Virus record (IMG/VR): IMGVR_UViG_3300031881_000014
Source of the DNA: a virus
Reading direction: 5' to 3' (one strand)
Length of the DNA: 10,848 nt
The notes beneath the pieces are model-generated. The model did no database searches and was not told the DNA's origin. It saw only the letters and a list, made by a program, of their open reading frames with translations. This document shows, one piece after another, positions 7,245 through 10,848 of this stretch (positions within the stretch are counted from its first letter, which is position 1; each line of letters opens with the position of its first letter). A program made the translations under genes and the position numbers.

Positions 7245-8123
7245 ATGGGAGCAGAACAATTAGGCATGGGAATGCTAGGAGGAATGTTGGGAATGTTCGA
7301 AAAAGAACAACAAAACCAACAACAAGAAAGACTGATGGATATTCAAAAAGCCAATCAAATGGAATTGAATAAACAAATGCAAAAAATACAACAAGAAAAT
7401 TGGGAAAATACCAATTACGATGCACAAAGAAAACAAATGGAAAAAGCAGGACTAAACGTAGGACTAATGTACGGAGGACAAGGCGGAGGAGGTATGACAG
7501 TGTCAAGTGGAAGCGGTGGTAGTGCAAGCGGAGGAACACCAGCACAAGCAGGAGTAGCAAGTGGCATGGCAATGCAAATGGCAAACTTAGCAGCACAAAC
7601 AGAAGTAGCAAAAGCACAAGCAAGAAACTTAAACGCTGACGCAGACGTAAAAGAAGGAAAAAACCCAACAGGAGAAGCAAATTTAGCAAATACAGCAGCT
7701 GATACAGCATTAAAAACATTTAATGCAAAAAATGCAGAAATACAAAGTAATTTAGGGCAAATGACTTTTGATGAGGCAGTAATGGGACTAAAAGCAAACT
7801 ATGATAAAGCACAAAGTGAAGCAAGAATAGCACTAACAAACGCAAACGTAACAGAACAAACAAAAAAATCACAAATAGAAAAATACAAAGCTGAAACGTT
7901 AAACGAAGCATTTAAACTAGCAGTAATGAAAAGCGGAATAGACGTAAATCAAGCAACAATCAAAAAAATGGAAGAAGATATCAAAATAAGTAAATTCAAT
8001 GCAAATACAAATGCAACATTTCAAGGAATTGACAAAGTAGCAGGAGGTGAACTAACAAAATTAATCAACTACCTATACGGAGAAGCAGGGCAAGAAGATA
8101 AACAAACACACAAATTAAAATAA
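7245..8123 (+). CDS. VP2: Minor capsid / DNA pilot protein (VP2, phiX174 H-like)
   Basis: 292 aa. It has Gly/Met-rich and Gln-rich N-terminal segments, the motif NYDAQRKQMEKAGLNVGLMYGG, a poly-Gly/Ser tract and an Ala/Gln/Asn-rich helical C-terminal half. This composition and its position next to the capsid gene are typical of VP2. Confidence 0.85.
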   Translation: MGAEQLGMGMLGGMLGMFEKEQQNQQQERLMDIQKANQMELNKQMQKIQQENWENTNYDAQRKQMEKAGLNVGLMYGGQGGGGMTVSSGSGGSASGGTPAQAGVASGMAMQMANLAAQTEVAKAQARNLNADADVKEGKNPTGEANLANTAADTALKTFNAKNAEIQSNLGQMTFDEAVMGLKANYDKAQSEARIALTNANVTEQTKKSQIEKYKAETLNEAFKLAVMKSGIDVNQATIKKMEEDIKISKFNANTNATFQGIDKVAGGELTKLINYLYGEAGQEDKQTHKLK

Positions 8124-9155
8124 ATGTGTCTATATCCAAAATTAATAGAAAATCGCAAATATAAAGCGAATAAAAAAAACGGCGGGGATATTCCCGCCGT
8201 TATCGATAAAAGAACATTATACGTTCCCGTAGGATGCGGTAAATGTATAGAATGTAAAAAACAAAAAAGCCGACAATGGCAAGTAAGACTTCACGAAGAG
8301 ATAAGACATGATAATACGGGAAAATTCATTACCCTAACATATAGTAATGAAGAATATAAAAAATTAAGTGAGGAAATAACTGGAGTAACAGACTACAACT
8401 TAGATAATGAAATAGCAACACTAAGTACAAGAAGATTCCTAGAAAGATGGAGAAAAAAATACAAAAAATCAGTTAAACATTGGTTTATAACAGAGATAGG
8501 AGGAAACAACCAAGAAAACATCCATATACATGGAATAATATTCACAAAAATAGACAATGAAACAATAAGTAAAATTTGGAAATACGGAATAATCACAATA
8601 GGATGCAGTAAATACAACAACGGAAAAAGACTAGATAAAAACGACATAGGATACGTAAACGAAAGAACAATAAACTATATTGTAAAATATGTAAACAAAA
8701 CAGATGAAAAACATCCAAACTATAATAGCAAAATACTAACAAGCGCAGGAATAGGTAAAAACTATATGAAGAGATACGATAGTAAAAGAAATAAATATAA
8801 TAACAATGAAACGATAGAAACATATACAACTAGACAAGGGTTTAAAATAAACCTACCAATATATTACAGAAATAAAATATATACAGAAGAACAAAAAGAA
8901 CAACTATGGTTGCAAAAATTAGATAAAGAAGAAAGATGGGTATGTGGAGAAAAAACAGACATAAGTAAAAGCGAAGATAACTATATAAAATTAAGGGACT
9001 TTTACAGAGCAAAAAACAAAAGGCTAGGATATGGAGACAACGAAGTAAATGCAGAAACACTAGAGAAAAAAAGATACGAAATAAATAAAAGAAAAATATT
9101 ACACTATACAAGATTAAAAAAGGCAGAAGCCAAACTTTCACGAGCCAACGAGTAA
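8124..9155 (+). CDS. VP4: Replication initiation protein (VP4, HUH rolling-circle endonuclease, phiX174 A-like)
   Basis: 343 aa. It has the N-terminal Cys cluster MCLYP...GCGKCIECKKQKSRQW, motif 1 FITLTY, HUH motif HIHGIIF and the two-tyrosine motif YIVKYVNK. The ATG directly abuts the VP2 stop (TAAATG). Confidence 0.93.
   Translation: MCLYPKLIENRKYKANKKNGGDIPAVIDKRTLYVPVGCGKCIECKKQKSRQWQVRLHEEIRHDNTGKFITLTYSNEEYKKLSEEITGVTDYNLDNEIATLSTRRFLERWRKKYKKSVKHWFITEIGGNNQENIHIHGIIFTKIDNETISKIWKYGIITIGCSKYNNGKRLDKNDIGYVNERTINYIVKYVNKTDEKHPNYNSKILTSAGIGKNYMKRYDSKRNKYNNNETIETYTTRQGFKINLPIYYRNKIYTEEQKEQLWLQKLDKEERWVCGEKTDISKSEDNYIKLRDFYRAKNKRLGYGDNEVNAETLEKKRYEINKRKILHYTRLKKAEAKLSRANE
8178..8201 (+). 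promoter_or_regulatory. GC-rich hairpin inside the 5' part of the Rep gene (AACGGCGGG-GATATT-CCCGCCGTT), a candidate replication-origin or priming structure
   Basis: 9-bp perfect stem with 7 G:C pairs in an AT-rich genome. It is built from the codons ggc ggg / ccc gcc, which are atypical for this genome. Confidence 0.3.
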
Positions 9156-9213
9156 ACTCGTCTCCTCATTCAAGTGTTAAAAAAATGTTAAATAATAAAA
9201 TAAATTAGGAAAT

Positions 9214-9354
9214 ATGAAATTAAATTCAATACATTTGGACAACAAAATTAAAGAAGCAGAATTACAATTAGAATATGCGTACAAATTAATACAAGAAAGA
9301 AAACAATATATAAGAATATTAAAAATATTAAAAACGAAAATAAATGAAAACTAA
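9214..9354 (+). CDS. Hypothetical 46-aa protein, predicted helical/coiled-coil with a basic C-terminus
   Basis: My translation is MKLNSIHLDNKIKEAELQLEYAYKLIQERKQYIRILKILKTKINEN. It is in sense orientation, fills an otherwise non-coding gap, has AGGA 5 nt upstream, and overlaps the next ATG by 11 nt. It is too short to appear in the ORF track. Confidence 0.35.
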   Translation: MKLNSIHLDNKIKEAELQLEYAYKLIQERKQYIRILKILKTKINEN

Positions 9355-9670
9355 AGAAAACGTAACAATAGAAAAATTAGACAAAAAATTAAAAGAAAAA
9401 TTAATGTTCATTGAGTGGATATGTAAGACCATAGAGGGCGAAAAATATGAAATAACAATAACAAGCGCGAACGACGGCAAACATATGACCAACTCACTCC
9501 ACTATAAAAACAAAGCAGTAGACCTAAGAACTAGAGACATGAAAAACGCAAAAGTATGCGGTTGGGAAATCAAACAATATTTAGGAAACGACTTTGATGT
9601 AATATTGGAAAAAGACCATTTACACATAGAATATCAACCAAAAAAAAAGAAAGGAGGTAAAAATGAATGA
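9344..9670 (+). CDS. Small zinc peptidase of the LAS / peptidase M15 fold (D-Ala-D-Ala carboxypeptidase or L-Ala-D-Glu peptidase-like), a probable peptidoglycan hydrolase (lysin)
   Basis: 108 aa. ITSANDGKHMTNSLHYKNKAVDLRT matches the S-x-H-x6-D zinc-ligand motif (H-YKNKAV-D). EKDHLHIEY matches the H-x-H motif. The spacing and size resemble the single-domain phage M15 endolysins. Confidence 0.7.
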   Translation: MKTKENVTIEKLDKKLKEKLMFIEWICKTIEGEKYEITITSANDGKHMTNSLHYKNKAVDLRTRDMKNAKVCGWEIKQYLGNDFDVILEKDHLHIEYQPKKKKGGKNE

Positions 9671-9746
9671 AAAAAGGAACTGGTTAAAATTAGTTATTGA
9701 AATACTAAAAGTAACAGCGGGTTTCCTAGTAGGAACACAATTATGA
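9663..9746 (+). CDS. Hypothetical 27-aa peptide with a hydrophobic/amphipathic C-terminal segment
   Basis: My translation is MNEKRNWLKLVIEILKVTAGFLVGTQL. AAGGAGGT (9651-9658) lies 4 nt upstream of the ATG. The start overlaps the end of the peptidase gene by 8 nt, and the stop overlaps the next start (ATGA). Confidence 0.25.
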   Translation: MNEKRNWLKLVIEILKVTAGFLVGTQL

Positions 9747-9961
9747 ACAACATAAAAAAATGGTACACCACAACAGAATGGGTAGACATAGAAACGGGAG
9801 AAATAATCCCGAAAAATAAAATAAAAGAATACTATAAAATAAAAACAACATTTAAATATAAAATAGATGAAAATAGTGGAACAAGAGAATACACAAACGA
9901 ATGTAGACCTATTAGACAAACACGAATCGAATTCGGAACTACAAGAAGTGACAACTATTGA
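9743..9961 (+). CDS. Hypothetical 72-aa protein
   Basis: ORF track, sense orientation. MNNIKKWYTTTEWVDIETGEIIPKNK... has normal protein-like composition. The last 95 nt overlap the next ORF in another frame. Confidence 0.5.
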   Translation: MNNIKKWYTTTEWVDIETGEIIPKNKIKEYYKIKTTFKYKIDENSGTREYTNECRPIRQTRIEFGTTRSDNY

Positions 9962-10142
9962 CGAAACACCTTTCGCAATAGTAAAAATAGCAAACGGATA
10001 TATAGGAGTAATCGGACAACATAGAATTACAGAAGTACACGAAAGCAAAAAAGAACTAGAAAAAGAACTTAAAAGAATTACATGGAACAGAGTAACACAA
10101 GTTATCTGGGCAGTAGTAGAAAAATTTAAAACACCAGAATAA
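9867..10142 (+). CDS. Hypothetical 91-aa protein with an acidic N-terminus and a helical C-terminus
   Basis: ORF track, sense orientation. ...ETPFAIVKIANGYIGVIGQHRITEVHESKKELEKELKRITWNRVTQVIWAVVEKF. The stop overlaps the capsid ATG (TAATG). The true start is uncertain because of the overlap. Confidence 0.55.
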   Translation: MKIVEQENTQTNVDLLDKHESNSELQEVTTIDETPFAIVKIANGYIGVIGQHRITEVHESKKELEKELKRITWNRVTQVIWAVVEKFKTPE

Positions 10143-10848
10143 TGAGCACAGTAACATTAGGAGGCGACAGATTAGGAGCCGGAAATAAACAAAAAGTAGA
10201 ATTACACAATTATAGCAGATCAACACATGACTTAAGCTATATTTGGAGATCAACGATGTCAGCAGGAACATTAGTACCATTCATGACAGAAGTGGCACTT
10301 CCAGGCGATAGCTTCGATATTGATTTAAATTGCAATATCATGACACATCCAACAATTGGACCGTTGTTTGGAAGCTATAAAGTACAATTAGATGTATTTC
10401 AATGTCCAATTAGACTATACAACGCAAAACTACACATGAACATGTTAAACATCGGTTTAGACATGCAAAGCATTAAATTTCCACAAATGAAAATTTATGC
10501 AAAAGGAAACAAAAATGAATCATACGAAGGAGATAACGAACAAATTAATCCAAGTAGTATATTTAGTTACCTAAACATTAGAGGAGTTGGATATCAAGAA
10601 ACATACTCAACTTCAACAACATATAGAGAATTTAACGCAATACCATTTTTGAGCTATTGGGATATCTATAAAAATTACTATGCAAATAAGGTTGAGGAAA
10701 TTGGAGCAGTAATACACAATCCAATGGACAACTTGACAAATACTATAACAAATATGGTAATGACGACTAACAACGTCAAACAAATAGAAATTACAAGTTC
10801 AAACAATCCACAAGAATTTCAAATCGAAGAAATTACAGACTTAGTAAT
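10142..10848 (+). CDS. VP1: Major capsid protein (Microviridae VP1 / phiX174 F homologue), N-terminal 235 codons, open at the window end
   Basis: My translation is MSTVTLGGDRLGAGNKQKVELHNYSRSTHDLSYIWRSTMSAGTLVPFMTEVALPGDSFDIDL...YWDIYKNYYANK with no stop to the window end. These are hallmark microvirus capsid N-terminal motifs. It is absent from the ORF track only because it runs off the edge. The ATG overlaps the upstream stop (TAATG). It is in frame with 5390..6805 after subtracting 5,340 nt. Confidence 0.93.
   Translation, partial: MSTVTLGGDRLGAGNKQKVELHNYSRSTHDLSYIWRSTMSAGTLVPFMTEVALPGDSFDIDLNCNIMTHPTIGPLFGSYKVQLDVFQCPIRLYNAKLHMNMLNIGLDMQSIKFPQMKIYAKGNKNESYEGDNEQINPSSIFSYLNIRGVGYQETYSTSTTYREFNAIPFLSYWDIYKNYYANKVEEIGAVIHNPMDNLTNTITNMVMTTNNVKQIEITSSNNPQEFQIEEITDLV
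10730..10848 (+). repeat. Direct repeat (119 nt), partner 5390-5508
   Basis: See partner. Confidence 0.93.

Larger units (their letters stand above)
5396..10735 (+). other. One complete, circularly permuted unit (5,340 nt) of a Microviridae genome, forward orientation
   Basis: 5390-5508 is identical to 10730-10848, giving a period of 5,340 nt. The gene set VP1, VP2 and VP4 on a single strand with tight packing is typical of the family. Confidence 0.88.
5454..10848. repeat. Right arm of the window-wide perfect inverted repeat (forward copy of the phage genome)
   Basis: RC of 1-5395. Same evidence as the left arm. Confidence 0.97.

Noticed and set aside
7477-7545. The Gly/Ser-rich stretch (GGQGGGGMTVSSGSGGSASGG) considered as a DNA tandem repeat.
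   Set aside because: It is a low-complexity linker inside VP2, typical of microvirus pilot proteins, and the nucleotide sequence is not a regular tandem repeat.
7174-7719. Long antisense ORFs rich in Leu, Phe and Cys. In the right copy these are 7174..7719-, 7059..7259-, 7720..7911-, 8393..8647-, 8593..8829-, 8842..9141-, 9620..10048- and 10056..10280-. Their mirrors in the left copy are 569..793+, 801..1229+, 1708..2007+, 2020..2256+, 2202..2456+, 2938..3129+, 3130..3675+ and 3590..3790+.
   Set aside because: Their composition is low-complexity (runs of L, F, C). They lie fully antisense to well-supported genes. They are explained by the scarcity of stop codons on the complement of an A-rich coding strand, and they have no recognisable domains.
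9148-9161. The short palindrome ACGAGT-AA-ACTCGT spanning the VP4 stop codon.
   Set aside because: The stem is only about 5 usable bp after allowing a minimal loop. That is too weak to call a terminator without further evidence.
9156-9213. A sigma70-like or Bacteroides-type promoter in the A-rich gap after VP4.
   Set aside because: I could find only loose hexamer resemblances (ttcaag, taaata), with no convincing -33/-7 or -35/-10 pair at proper spacing. I left it uncalled.
1-10848. The inverted repeats read as terminal inverted repeats of a transposon, or as two diverged paralogous phages or prophages.
   Set aside because: The arms are complete, identical genome copies rather than short termini. 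There is no transposase, integrase or host flank. Zero divergence argues against an old duplication.

Overview
This window is an almost perfect 10.8-kb palindrome, not an ordinary stretch of chromosome. Positions 1-5395 are the exact reverse complement (RC) of 5454-10848, with x pairing with 10849-x. Only a 58-nt centre (5396-5453) is asymmetric. Each arm holds slightly more than one unit of a small circular ssDNA phage genome of the family Microviridae. It belongs to a non-phiX174 lineage and looks most like the gut/Bacteroidota-associated Alpavirinae-type genomes. The direct repeat 5390-5508 = 10730-10848 closes the circle and gives a unit length of 5,340 nt. All genes of a unit lie on one strand: + in the right copy and - in the left copy. 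The gene order is: major capsid protein VP1 (667 aa once the circle is closed, split by the window edges and the central junction), a conserved 106-aa protein, the VP2 minor capsid/pilot protein, the VP4 rolling-circle Rep, a 46-aa ORF, a 108-aa M15/LAS-type zinc peptidase (probable lysin), a 27-aa ORF, and two overlapping small ORFs of 72 and 91 aa. I see no host flank, integrase, tRNA, rRNA or CRISPR. The most notable feature is the head-to-head fold-back dimer itself. Its single non-native junction (5395|5396) carries a 6-nt microhomology, AACTTG. The window begins and ends on the same 55-mer that precedes the junction. Both facts point to a snap-back amplification chimera or an assembly-graph path rather than a natural genome form, although a real inverted-dimer replicative intermediate cannot be excluded from sequence alone. 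Secondary points of interest are the lysin gene, which is unusual for a microvirus, a GC-rich hairpin inside the Rep gene built from atypical codons, phiX174-origin-like motifs, and an extreme A-rich coding strand that generates long spurious antisense ORFs.
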